A stretch of 64,000 nucleotides of DNA, taken from contig OZ316895.1 of assembly GCA_973895155.1 (NCBI GenBank), positions 5,724,687-5,788,686 of the forward strand, given 5' to 3'. The notes below the pieces were generated by a model. The model was not told the DNA's origin. It saw nothing but the letters and a program-made list of their open reading frames with translations, and did not search any database. Both the position numbers and the translations under genes were made by a program. The DNA comes from Marsupella aquatica (lineage: Eukaryota > Plantae > Marchantiophyta). Shown here piece after piece: positions 35,803 to 48,745 of this stretch (positions are counted from its first letter, which is position 1; each line of letters opens with the position of its first letter).

Positions 35803-36205
35803 TGTTGAGCATAGACGACGATCGCAACGGCAAGCCCATGAACCATCCAACGCACAATAGTCGACACAAGAGATACGTGGTTCACCTCCTTGAGGCTACG
35901 TCCACGGGAACACACAAGAGAGTTTTACTGAACTCTAAGCCCGTCGGCTATACCGAGTCTCCACAGTGTAAGCTCTCCCTATCTCTCAAGTGGCTCCATA
36001 ACAATGAGCCTTAATTCTACCTCTCCAAGCACACATGCCTCTTATGATATAGTGTGCAACTTAGTTGTACCTAACCACGTAGTTGTACCTAACCACATAG
36101 TTGTACCTAATCACGTAGTTGTACCTAACCACGTAGTTGTACCAACCCACGTTGTTGTACCAACCACGTCATACCTAACCTAGACGTAAGAGTAAATACC
36201 CAACA
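35803..36205 (-). repeat. 3' LTR of copia element 2
   Basis: TGTTG...CAACA; about 7 substitutions vs 43476-43878 by eye. Confidence 0.97.
36062..36169. promoter_or_regulatory. U3 tandem array, ~6 x 18 bp (TAGTTGTACCTAACCACG); second copy at 43735-43842
   Basis: Repeat directly visible in both LTRs of element 2, in the U3 part given minus orientation; regulatory role is inferred. Confidence 0.7.
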
Positions 36206-36395
36206 ATCTTCCCCTTGACTCTGGTCTAGGGGAGAGTAATACTGCCAATGTATATGATCCCTCAGCGGGAAGTTCTGGACAAAAACCAAACCGGTTTCCC
36301 TCTCTAACTAGAGTAAACCAGAACTAAGCCGTAGCCTAATACATAGGAATGAGGAAGAGCATATATCAGTAATTACAATGAATGTTAAGAAAACT

Positions 36396-39300
36396 CTACT
36401 TGTGATGCAATTGCAAAACCTAAATACGTCACGGTGTCTAGAGAAACTCTCCAAAGAAAACACTTTGGTAAATGCGTCAGCCGGGTTGAGTTTACCATCA
36501 ATCTTGACTAGCTCAAACAAATTATCAGACACAGCCTGCCTGATAAAATGGTACCTGACGTCAATGTGCTTCACTCTGCTGTCCATCACCTGGTTCACAG
36601 CAAGGTGGAGCGCACTTTGACTATCACAATGGAGCTTCACATTCCCCTGTGGCAATCCCATTTCAGTGATAAGTCTATCCAACCAAATCGCTTCCTTTGC
36701 TGCTTCCGCAGCTGCAACATACTCCGCTTCTGTAGTAGACTGAGCAATACACTTCTGCAAAGTAGATCTCCAACTTATGCATCCACCGCCAAGTGTGAAC
36801 ACGTATCCTGTTGTTGATCTCCTTCGGTCCAAATCTTGTCCATAGTCAGAATCAACATAGCCAATCAATGATTTAGCATTCTTTGCATTCGCATCAAATA
36901 AAAGACCATGATCCACGGTACCTTTCAAGTACCTGATAATCCACTTCACTGCTTCCCAGTGTACCTTCCCTGGATTCGACATGTACCTGCTCACCTTGCC
37001 CATAGCCATGGCAAGATCAGGTCTAGTGCAAGTCATCAAATACATGAGACTCCCCACTGCCTTGTCATACGGAACCTTTGACATCAACCCCTTCTCTGTG
37101 TTATCCGTATGACAGAACGCTGATGATAACTTGAAGTGTGGAGCCAACGGGGTACTTACTGGCTTGCTATTCCCCATGTTGAACCTTGCAATTACCTTCC
37201 TCGCATAACTGCTCTGTGTCAACCATAGCTTGCCAGCCTCCAAGTCCCTAGTGATCTCCATACCCAAAATCCTCTTAGCTGGCCCTAAGTCCTTCATCTT
37301 AAACTCTGCACTAAGCAGTGCCTTGAGCTTAACAATCTCAGACCTATCCTTGGCTGTAATTAGCATATCATCCACATAAAGTACTAAAACAATGAACCCA
37401 AAGACAACATTCTTTACCGGTTTTAAATACACACAAGGGTCAAATACACTTCTGTGAAAACCTTGTGACCGAATCCAATTGTCAAACCGCTTGTTCCACT
37501 GTCTTGGTGACTGCTTCAACCCATACAAGGATTTCAGCAATCTGCAAACCAATTTCTCCTGTCCTCTCTTCACAAAACCTAGAGGTTGTCTCATGAAGAT
37601 CACCTCTTCCAATGTGCCATAGAGGAAAGCTGTGACAACATCCATCTGATCTAGCAACAGACCAAACATTACAACAAGTACACACAATAGTCATATTGTA
37701 GAGTACTTAGCAACTGGTGAGAAGACCTCATTGTAATCCACACCTTTCTCTTGTGTGAATCCTTTTGTTACCAACCTAGCCTTGTAGACCTTCGATCCAC
37801 CTCCTATGGAATTATCCTTCAGCTTGTAAATCCACTTGCTGTCCACCACTTGCTGACCCTTAGGCAGCTTAACAAGCTCCCAAGTTTTGTTGTCCTTTAG
37901 TGACTGCATCTCCGTTTGCATTGCTGCAGTCCACTTCTGCTTCTCCTTTGAAGCACTTGCCTCATGAAATGAAGAAGGTTCCCCTTCTTCCAAAATTAAC
38001 GCATCACCCTCATCATCAGCTGTAAAATCATCCTCTTGCAGTTGAGATGAATCAACCCACTGTCCATACCTTGGTGGAGCGCGTACAGTGCGACCAGATG
38101 TTCTTCTAGCCGATGACTCCGGTTGATCTGCGTGTGCTGGTACAATTTGAAGCTCAACAGCATCCACTTGTTGCTCACCAGCATCAACAAACTCCTCTGG
38201 TTCCTCTGGCACAGGAACCAGCTCCATAATTGGAGCAACTCCTTCTCTCCGGTCATGCACCTCATAACCAATCTCCCCCTCAACGAGATCCGGGATAGGA
38301 GATTTTCCTTTGTCAGTACAGGAGACCTGAGTATTCTCCCCCTCCTTCAATAATCTGGATTCATTGAAGGAAACATCCCTACTGACAACGAGCTTACAGG
38401 CAATAGGATCCCATAGCCTATAGGCTTTCACACCACTCTGGTACCCAAGAAAAACACATTTCTTGGAGGTAGGATCCAACTTGGTCCTATTCTGCTTCGG
38501 TGTGAGAGCATATGCATCACTTCCAAAAACTACCAAGCCATGATAGTCTGCTTGCCGCTTATAGCGCATCTCAAATGGCGTTTTGAAATTGATAGCACTA
38601 GAAGGAGAAAGATTTACCAAATAAGCTGCGGTATTGATAGCTTCTGCCCAAAATTCTTGTGGTAAACCTGATTGGCTCAACATACTCCATGACCGCTCCA
38701 ACAGTGTCCGATTGAGCCTATCAGCGACACCATTCTACTGCGGAGTATAAATTGTGGTGAGATGGCGAGTTATCCCCTGTTCTGAACAGTACTCTTCAAA
38801 TTCCATTGAAGTGTACTCCCCGCCGTTGTCTGACCTCAGACTCTTCACCCTTGCATCCAAACACTTGATCGTGTTTCCAGTCTGATTCTCCACCTGGACC
38901 TTCCACTTCTTAAAAATGGACAAGACATCAAACTTATGCGTCATGAAATAAATCCACACAAATTTTGAGTAATCATCAATAAATGATACATAGTACAACT
39001 TTCCAGAGTGTGAGGGAGTCGGGGATGGACCCCACACGTCACTATGTATGTACTCAAGAACCGCTTTGGAACGATGAGTTCCAACACCAAAAGCACGACG
39101 ATGCTGCTTTCCAAGAATGCAATGCTCATAAAACTCTAATTTACAAGATTGCAAATCAGAAATGAGTCCATTCTTCCGTAAGATAGCCAAACCCTTCTCA
39201 CTCATGTGGCCTAGCCGTGAATGCCACAGTTGAGTCATCTCCTCGTGAGACTTGGTTACATTGGCCTCTCCACATACAGTATTGCCCTGTAACACATACA

Positions 39301-39667
39301 AATTCTTTTGTCTACTCCCCTTCAAAATCACTGTCTCTCCCGACCTGACTTGAAGTTCACCATCAATAACTCTCCATTGATGACCATTTGAATCCAACAC
39401 ACCGAGTGAAATCAGATTCTTCCGCATGCCAGGTACATACCTGACTCCGGACACTGTGCCCACAGCACCATCAAACATTTGAATCTTCACAGACCCAATT
39501 CCCTCAATTTGACAGGAGTGATCATTTCCCATCAGAACTGAACCGTTTGAAACAAAGTAAGAACTGAAAAACTCACGAATGTAACAAATATGAAAAGAGC
39601 AAGCACAATCAAGCATCCACACATCATCTGCTCTCCTAGATAATGTGCACAGGGCATACTCCCGGCT
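36396..39667 (-). pseudogene. pol: pol of element 2, nearly intact
   Basis: WMLDCACSFH, WHSRLGH, HSDVWG, RSDNGGEY, GVKAYRLWD, KARLVTKG, LYVDDML, DSDYG, DSQSA, ADAFTK. In-frame stops at 38735-38737 and 37691-37693. 1-bp deletion near 36425 relative to element 1. Confidence 0.95.
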
Positions 39668-40561
39668 TCATAAAACATACTCATCATTGAGTAAATCAGC
39701 TTCTTCATCAGCCCTAGCCACATTTGCCGATGAAGTTTCCGCTGCCTTTCCCTTACAGTCTCGCTTGAAGTGTCCAACTTGGTTGCACTTCCAACATGTT
39801 ACGTGCCTCCTCTGAGGGGATTTACCCTTGGACTTAGATCTGGATTTAGATCTAAACTGGGTTCTACGGTCCCCAGTTGGTCGCTGCATACTTCTCCCAC
39901 GGCTAACATTGAGGGCAGCACCAGATGATGAAGGCTGTGACGTGATGTGCATCTTTTGCTGAAGATCATCACTAAGCAGAGAACTTACCACGTCATTGTA
40001 TGAAATGGTATCCCTATCACGATGCAACAACACTCGTGATAGGGACTGGTAAGATGGAGGCAATGAACTAAGAAGTTGCAGAGCCTTCGTCTCATCATTC
40101 AAAGTCTCCCCAAGGTTTTCCAAGTCAACGACCATGTCGTTGAAAGCATCCACATGGTCTTGCAACTTTGTACCGGATTCCTTCATTCTGAAACTCATCA
40201 GTTTGTAGGAAGTGTAGAGCCGGTTCGACAACTTCTTGCGGTGATACTTGCTCTGCAATTCCGCAAACAAGGACATGCAATCCTTATGTGCACCCAACTG
40301 CTTGATGATGGGAGGCATGAGATAGAGTGTAACACACCACACTCCCTGCTCCTGCATGCGGTCCCATTGTTTCTCATCAACATTGTCTTCACGAGGGCTC
40401 AGCAGTTGGCCCATCCACTAGTACATTTTACCTCCTTTTTCCGATTCTCTTCACATCGGACGCCTTTGTAAAATAAAATTTGAAAAACCATATATCCGAT
40501 ACTACTAGCATCGCAACATGCCATTTTAATAGTATCGGATATCGACAATCGGACTTCTATC

Positions 40562-40741
40562 GGAAAGTCCGATGGTGGGAGAATGGGAAAGTCCGATGGT
40601 GGGAGAATGGGAAAGTCCGATGCTAGGAGAATGGGAAAGTCCGATGGTGAGAGAATGGGAAAGTCCGATGCTAGGAGAATGGGAAAGTCCGATGGTGAGA
40701 GAATGGGAAAGTCCGATGCTAGGAGAATGGGAAAGGCCGAA
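40562..40741 (+). repeat. CACTA subterminal array, ~7.5 x 24 bp; inverted partner (~4.5 copies) at 41589-41692
   Basis: GGAAAGTCCGATG(GTG/CTA)RGAGAATG units; reverse-complement copies near the other end. Confidence 0.95.
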
Positions 40742-41314
40742 GCAATCAAAATGGGATATGCATTTCAGCGGACGCGACATGCTCAGGTCACCCATCTCTT
40801 CCTTTAATTGGGTTTCTATTTTCATTTGGAACTATGAGCTAGGTGCCCATCTCCCTTGACATGTGAACTCTTCAAATTTTCTCAACTAATTGGTCACCCA
40901 TCCCAATTGCTATTCCTCCAACATGAGCTTAACTTTGTGGTTCTTATTCCTTACATTGTACATGCAAGCTTAGCACTTTTGTTGTTTGACTTAGAGTGTT
41001 TGGGGATTTTATACACTTGTGAGTTTACTAAGACCCATAATTTGGACCCATTCTTGATCCATTTTTCTCTATCATGAGATTAGATCTTTGCATCAAGTGA
41101 CCTATTCTAGTTACCCTATTACATTCCCCTAGGAGAAACCAATAGAAATCTGGCAGGGGTCATTCATCGATAGTAAAGCCCTCCTTCATTAGATTTGATA
41201 TGGGATAATTATGGCTTATTAGTTATGGATGATATTTTGGTCCTTCCAAAGCCTCAGCGTCAATGGCTCCTGATTGTCTCATCTTTTATCAACTATGTTG
41301 TTGTTGGACTTGCA

Positions 41315-41434
41315 ACAAAGACTACATGGGACAAGCAACCTCCTTCTAGATGATGTATTTTGGACTTGGCATGTTGAGCACATATTTCCGTAAGGGAACA
41401 ATATGTTGGGTCTTGGAATGAGGCAAAAACAACA
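41315..41434 (-). pseudogene. Degenerate RING finger (C3HC4-like) coding fragment inside the CACTA element
   Basis: CCFCLIPRPNILFPYGNMCSTC-x14-CSLC resembles C-x2-C...PCGH.C-x2-C...C-x2-C, with C>Y and H>N. Confidence 0.6.
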
Positions 41435-43461
41435 CTCAAGTCCATTTGCCTCAAGTATGAAGTTATTCATGCATGCAAGAATGATTGCATCTTTTGGGAA
41501 GAGTATGTCGGTGCAACCACATACCCCATCTAACACATCAAAACTTTTCATTCTAACACAATCAAAAAATTTCTTTTTGTCATAACCAGACTTTCCCATA
41601 CTCCCAGCATCGGACTTTCCCATTCTTCTAGCATCATACTTTCCCATACTCCCAGCATCGGACTTTCCCATTCTCCTAACATCGGACTTTGCCATGTTAG
41701 CACAATCGGATATAATATCCGTTATTATTAACTATGGAAAGTTTCCGATCAATATTGTAACGCACATCATTTTCGTTACAAAAAACATCGGACATATCAA
41801 TCAAAGTTTCTGTTGAGGGATCCGATGTGTTTTCTAACGGATATGATCCATTTTTTAACGCATCGGAAAGGTTCCGTTGTCAATTATATCGGAAATGAAG
41901 ATATCCAAAGCCGAGAGTATGGCATATTGCCATTTTTTGATAATCGGAATTTCCGATGCTAAAAGAATCGGACGCCGATTGTTCGCAAAAATTGAGCATC
42001 GGAAATCAGTTTAATATGTACTAGTGATCCCTGACGCATAGAGCACTCCCTTCACCTGCTTCTCCCATAGCAAGTAGTCAGAGCGCCCATCATACTTTGT
42101 CACTTCATACTTGGGTCCCCCAAGCTTGAAAGTCCCCATCTTCTTCTTTGGCACTACCGTGAGCTCCGGTAGTAGTACTGCTTCCTCCACCACACGCCGC
42201 ACCGGTGATGGTATCGGTGTCACGTGCTCTTCCTCCTGCTCCTCTCTCTGCCCCAGAAACCTCCGCGGTGATCCTCGTGCTTCAAGTTCCACGTCTTCGA
42301 AAAACTCTTCTGAATCACTCATATGAGAAAATCACAAAAAATGTTGTTTTTCACAACTTCTCAAAAAACTCGAAACTCAACACCGTCGCATAGCCCACAA
42401 AGCTAGGAGTCCAATACTGAAAACCAAAATCAAAATCGAAATTTGACGGAAAAGTTATTCAAATTTCCGTCGAGGTGGGTAAAACCTTGGGAAACTCCCC
42501 CGTTTTGACCACCTCAGGGAATAACCGAAATACCAAGTACAACCCGTTGTCGGAATTGCGATGTAATTGGTGCGCCGCGTTGCCAACTTCAATGGCTACG
42601 ACCTCGCCAAAAAATAACCAAAAAAGTTACCGTTCGGCGGATGAAATCTTTGTCGGACGGTCAAAAAATAGCTCTCTGGTTTTTTGGAATATTCTATGAC
42701 CCTGTACAGGCCCTGTGAGAATTTTGGAAGAACAATCGAGGGGCTGACACGTGTCCTCGAACCCCCAAAACCCCCTACCACCCTTCGTCGTCGAAATCTG
42801 GTCGCGCGCGCAGAAAATACACACGGCATAATGTACCCCTCGACACCAAACGCAAGATATCTCACTCGGGTTTTGACGAAATCAAGATCTGATTTCAGAT
42901 TTGGAAACTAGACTCCGAGGCGGTGAGGATCGATATAAGAAGCACCCAAAACGAGGAAAGAACGAGGGAGAAAAAAATTGGTAAAGATGACAGATTTCTC
43001 TCAATTGCCATAGCCAATTTCGAATCAGTTTTTCAAAGAAAAAAAAATGGTACCTTGTCAACAACGAATGTTGATCAATTGCACTTGGTGTCGTCACCAA
43101 GTCCAACAAGGTAATTGATTTTTGCTTAGCCTTCCTCTTTACATCAAAGAGCCAATCCCGGACTCAAAACAATCGTCTTGCCTCAATCTCTCCGTTGAGT
43201 CAAAACACTTGACGCTTCTCCCTCCGAGTCGATTGCCAACTTTCTTCACAAAATCCAGAACGACAAAAACTTAGATCTCTCTGCACCACGAGCTCCGTTC
43301 AGCAATTTCTTCACACCGTTAGAAAGCTCTTGCCCTGATCTATCCGTTGAGCCAATAAACTCCAAGTTCCATGCGACGGAACTCTGGGAAATCCACCGAC
43401 ACTTAACGCTGGAAAAACCGTCATGAAATCCCGTCACGAACACACGTCACCTCCCAAGCAT

Positions 43462-43473
43462 GCTCTGATACCA
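43462..43473 (-). other. Primer-binding site (tRNA-iMet) of element 2
   Basis: gctctgatacca, 2 nt from the LTR. Confidence 0.95.
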
Positions 43474-43475
43474 AT

Positions 43476-43878
43476 TGTTGAGCATAGACGACGATCGCAA
43501 CGGCAAGCCCATGAACCATCCAACGCACAATAGTCGACACAAGAAATACGTGGTTCACCTCCTTGAGGCTACGTCCACGGGAACACACAAGAGAGCTTTA
43601 CTGAACTCTAAGCCCGTCGGCTATACCGAGTCTCCACAGTGTAAGCTCTCCCTATCTCTCAAGTGGCTCCATAACAATGAGCCTTGGTTCTACCTCTCCA
43701 AGCACACATGCCTCTTATGATATAGTGTGCAACTTAGTTGTACCTAACCACGTAGTTGTACCTAATCACGTAATTGTACCTAATCACGTAGTTGTACCTA
43801 ACCACGTAGTTGTACCAACCCACGTTGTTGTACCAACCACGTCATACCTAACCTAGACGTAAGAGTAAATACCCAACA
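43476..43878 (-). repeat. 5' LTR of copia element 2
   Basis: Direct repeat of 35803-36205, followed by TSD AGAAC. Confidence 0.97.
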
Positions 43879-46115
43879 AGAACATTGTCAACAATGGGTG
43901 CGCAAGTTGACTGTGCAGAATAGTTGTTGCAGCCAGGTCATCGAGGCAAGGAAGTGTCGCAGAGGCATCATCAGATCCAATCTCTTCGAGGGTGTGATTG
44001 ATCCCACGGTTGATGCAAAAGTGTAGTCCAAGCAAAACCTAGTGAGAAGTGTTGCACTGCCCTTGGGTAGGGCTATTATGGCACCATGAGGGGCTGCTGA
44101 AGAGCATTTGTCAACATAGCAAGCAAGGGATGAAAGGAAGGGCAGGGCTGCGTGCGGTGGGCAAAGGGAGGCAAAGGCGAGGGAGTTGCATTTGTTTTCC
44201 TTTTCCCTCTCTCTCCTCTCCTCTAGAAATGATCCCCCTCCATGCATGGACACAGGGCTGGGAGGCGGACCATCACGGTAGTGTAGGCCTGGCCCGTGCA
44301 ATGGCGGGCGCCGTGAGGAGATTGGACAGATTTTAGGATGGGTCTAGGGTCGAACAAATAGTGAACAAATAACAGACCCATCATTCAACATCTAATGTTC
44401 TTCGTGTTCATAAGTCAACTTATAAATAGATTAGAAAACTTTTGGCAAAACTACATGCTATAGTGCTTGATAATAGATTAGTTCAACACATAATATGTTT
44501 TACTACTCACAAAACTATTTTGCGGTACGGTTACTTTATTATCGTTGCAATCAAAGGCAATTAATATGCTCTGAAATAACTGTTCTGCAGGTGCACTTAC
44601 TTCGGTATCCTTGCAATCAAAGGCCATTGAAATATTCCGAAAGGTCACGAGTTCACTGTCCAAATATACGGTATTATACGCATAGAGCATAATAAGTCAG
44701 CTTCGAGTATATCGAAATTCCGTACCTCTTTACTTTATCAGACATAATTTTATCTCTCGAGCTCCGGATTCCAGCTTAATTTATTCCTATTTAATTTTGT
44801 TCTGCACTGCACAGAATAATTTATTCCTGTTTAATGTCGTTCTGCAGTGCACAGATCGGTACCGAGTGTGCAAAGGGTGCTGCCAACCTCCCTCATTGGA
44901 TCACAGCTTGGGAGATTCCTCTCGCCTTTGCATTCTGTTTCGAGATGCAGACGAGCCTTTCATCGAGATGCAGACGAGGCTTTCATCGAGATTATCATGC
45001 ATTCTCGATTTGGTACGCATGTGTAAGACTTCTTCCATGGATGTGGCTCTATTATCGGACTGATTGGATGATCGAGAATTACAATGATGACTGTTTGGGT
45101 TGGCGTTGTATCAAGTGCAGATTTGGGTTATAATCGTGACGTCTGGCATGATCGAGTCTTCAAATTCCAAAGGCAGGTCATTTGCATGAACTCATCGTCA
45201 GTAATGTCTATATAATTTCATATTACTACCGATCGAATACTTCGTTGTCTGTTTAGAGTTCATAGGTGATCCCTTACATGTCGAGCATCTCATTTCAAGC
45301 TAAGAAAAGTGTTCACGAGCTTCTCTCACGGATTGGTGGAACGGGAAGAACATAACATTATGGCGGAGAACAATACATTTAAAACTACAAAACAAAACGA
45401 CGGGACGTAAAACAAGCATGCTTCCGTTCCACACACATTTCCAATGTTTACTAATACAAGCATCCCAATTGTTTCTGTCGTCTGACCATTCCTTTTCATG
45501 ATCTAGGAAGTTAAGCCAAGTTGAGCTCCTGTAGAAAGATGCTGAGTGGAAAACTTTGTTCCAAGCTACCACGATTTCGATTACCACGGTGATAGCTCCC
45601 CTGCTTGCAGACTCTCGAGTTGCGGGAAGAAAATTTTCACGAACCAAATTTTTCGTTTATCACACGCAAACTCTACTCTACCACATAGAGCAAGATATGC
45701 GTTGCCGGATTGAAGATCTTTGACATGCTCACATAGTTATTTCATCATACGCGAACTCTCATGGTGCAAAATATCAGGGTTATGTCCCCGATCTCACCTA
45801 CAAATTCCACGTCGTCACCAGATTCTCTCCAATCCAGTCTTGAAAAGAGGCGTCAAGAACCAGACTTACTGTCTGCTGTAGGTATGATGAAAGATCCTGA
45901 AGAGTTTCCTGTCGAAAACCCAAGCTAGCCCACTGAAGAAGGGAAAATAGAACCTCTCAGCAGAAACCTGCTTTCACTGAGCGTTTGCAGCGAACGCACT
46001 GTGATGTGATAAACTGGTGAATCTATCCTTACGCAAGTGTTTTAATCTCGGTCTCCCCGTAGCTAATAATGACCTGCTCTATGCTAAGTTGGTGGCAACT
46101 CTAGCACTCACTCAT

Positions 46116-47480
<1,365 letters not shown>

Positions 47481-47884
47481 TCAAAAGTTGAAGGAGCAAA
47501 ACGAGACTTCACTGATAATACGAGAGCTAAAGAGACGAAAGAGAGGAAGAGGAGAGATCTAGATTGACCGCTGGAGTTCGCTCTCTTGGCTGAAAGTGGG
47601 CTCGATCGACGGATTCGCCTAGAGAGCGAGAATCATGCAGGAGGAATGGCTCGAAGGTCGGAAGTGTTGAACAGGATTGGACAGGGGCAGAGCAGAGGGG
47701 CGCGAGAATGGTGCCAAGTAAGTACAGAAGCAGCAGGCGCGAGGGCGAGAAACGTGCCAAGTAAGTCGACATGGACGCGGCGATACTGGCGAGGAGGGGT
47801 ACGTTGTCATTATACGGGAGTGGGTATGTTCCCCTAGGAATTGTAGTAAGGGTGGCTCAGCAAATTAATGTAGGGGGCACTGTC

Positions 47885-48745
47885 TTGTGGTTTTTTTTCT
47901 AAGCAAGGTGGAGGGCCCTCCTTTCACTTCTTTTTTGGAGGGCCGTTTGTTCCACTTCTTGTCTTAACGAGTGTCTCTAATACCAGGGTGCGTATTGGCA
48001 GGTTCCCTTTGTAAGCGTCGGTGGCTTACGAATGTAGGGGCAATTGTGATGTTTTTCAGTCCCGTTAGTAAAGGTCCGTGGCTTAGGAATGTAGGGGTAT
48101 TTGTGAATTTTTTTCACACTAAGCAAAGTGGATGGTCCTCGTTTCACTTCTTTTCGGTAGTTCTTACAGTTCTTGTTCTAAAGAGTGTCTCTGATACCTG
48201 TGTGTGTGTGTGTGTGTGTGTGAGCAGGGCTTTATTCCCTTTAAATTTGTATTAAGGGCCGGTCCATGGCATTACATGGTATACGGGCACTTGTGACTTC
48301 TTGCACTGAAGCAAATTGAAGCGCCCCATCTTCCAGTCCTTTTTTGGAGGGCCACTTCTGCCACTTCTTGTTCTTAAAACTGCCCCTAAATTCTTTTGTG
48401 GAGTGCCATTCATGTCACTTGTCCTTCTCAAACCGCCACTAGCCATATAAAAGAGAGAAGTGTCCACGACTCCTCCCTTTATCACTTTTCTCTCCAGTTC
48501 CATATTGCTCCACAAACTCAACAAAGGATACTATTTATGGTGAAACCTGGTGTAACCAGGTTTTTGTCATGGCTAGTACTTGTGGTTTAAGACTAGCTGT
48601 AATAGTCCCTCTCCTTCCAATTCGTTTTCTAAGAGCCAGAACCCTTTTGTGGAGTGCAATTCATGTCACTTGTCCTTCCAATCCTTTTTCTAAGAGCCAT
48701 TTCTGCCCTTTTCTTGTTTTTAGGACTACCTCAATCTAATACCTG
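47885..48745. repeat. Degenerate direct repeats with a (GT)n tract at 48199-48222
   Basis: ctaagcaa.gtgga.gg.cctc.tttcacttc...cttgt.ct.aa.gagtgtctct.atacc at ~47899, ~48119 and ~48307, with a partial copy at ~48650. Confidence 0.6.

Larger units (their letters stand above)
40416..42026. mobile_element. Non-autonomous CACTA (En/Spm) transposon, 1611 bp, nested in gag
   Basis: Termini CACTAGTACAT...ATGTACTAGTG. 3-bp TSD ATC (40413-40415, 42027-42029). Empty site ggcccatccctgac in element 1. Many TCCGAT/ATCGGA subterminal motifs. No transposase. Confidence 0.95.
39668..42322 (-). pseudogene. gag: gag of element 2, split by a CACTA insertion
   Basis: MSDSEEFFED...KGVLYASG (42322-42027) resumes as MGQLLSP... 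at 40414; CWKCNQVGHFKRDC; ends LLNDEYVL-TGA at 39668-39670. Confidence 0.95.
35803..43878 (-). mobile_element. Full-length Ty1/copia LTR retrotransposon, element 2 (same family as element 1)
   Basis: 403-bp LTRs at 35803-36205 and 43476-43878. TSD AGAAC at 35798-35802 and 43879-43883. PBS 43462-43473. PPT 36206-36217. Domain order gag-PR-INT-RT-RH. Confidence 0.97.

Noticed and set aside
36308-36420. Hydrophobic C-terminal extension of pol in element 2 (env-like?)
   Set aside because: Caused by a 1-bp deletion relative to element 1; the original frame ends LQLHHK-stop at 36396, and there is no room for an env ORF before the PPT
40562-40741. CRISPR-like appearance of the 24-bp and 18-bp arrays
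   Set aside because: Units are head-to-tail without unique spacers, lie inside eukaryotic TEs, and no cas genes are present
40399-40859. Repetitive ORFs (SDFPILL, GEWESPM, IGLSHSP, MGKSDARR)
   Set aside because: Translations of the 24-bp CACTA subterminal array, which is stop-free in several frames
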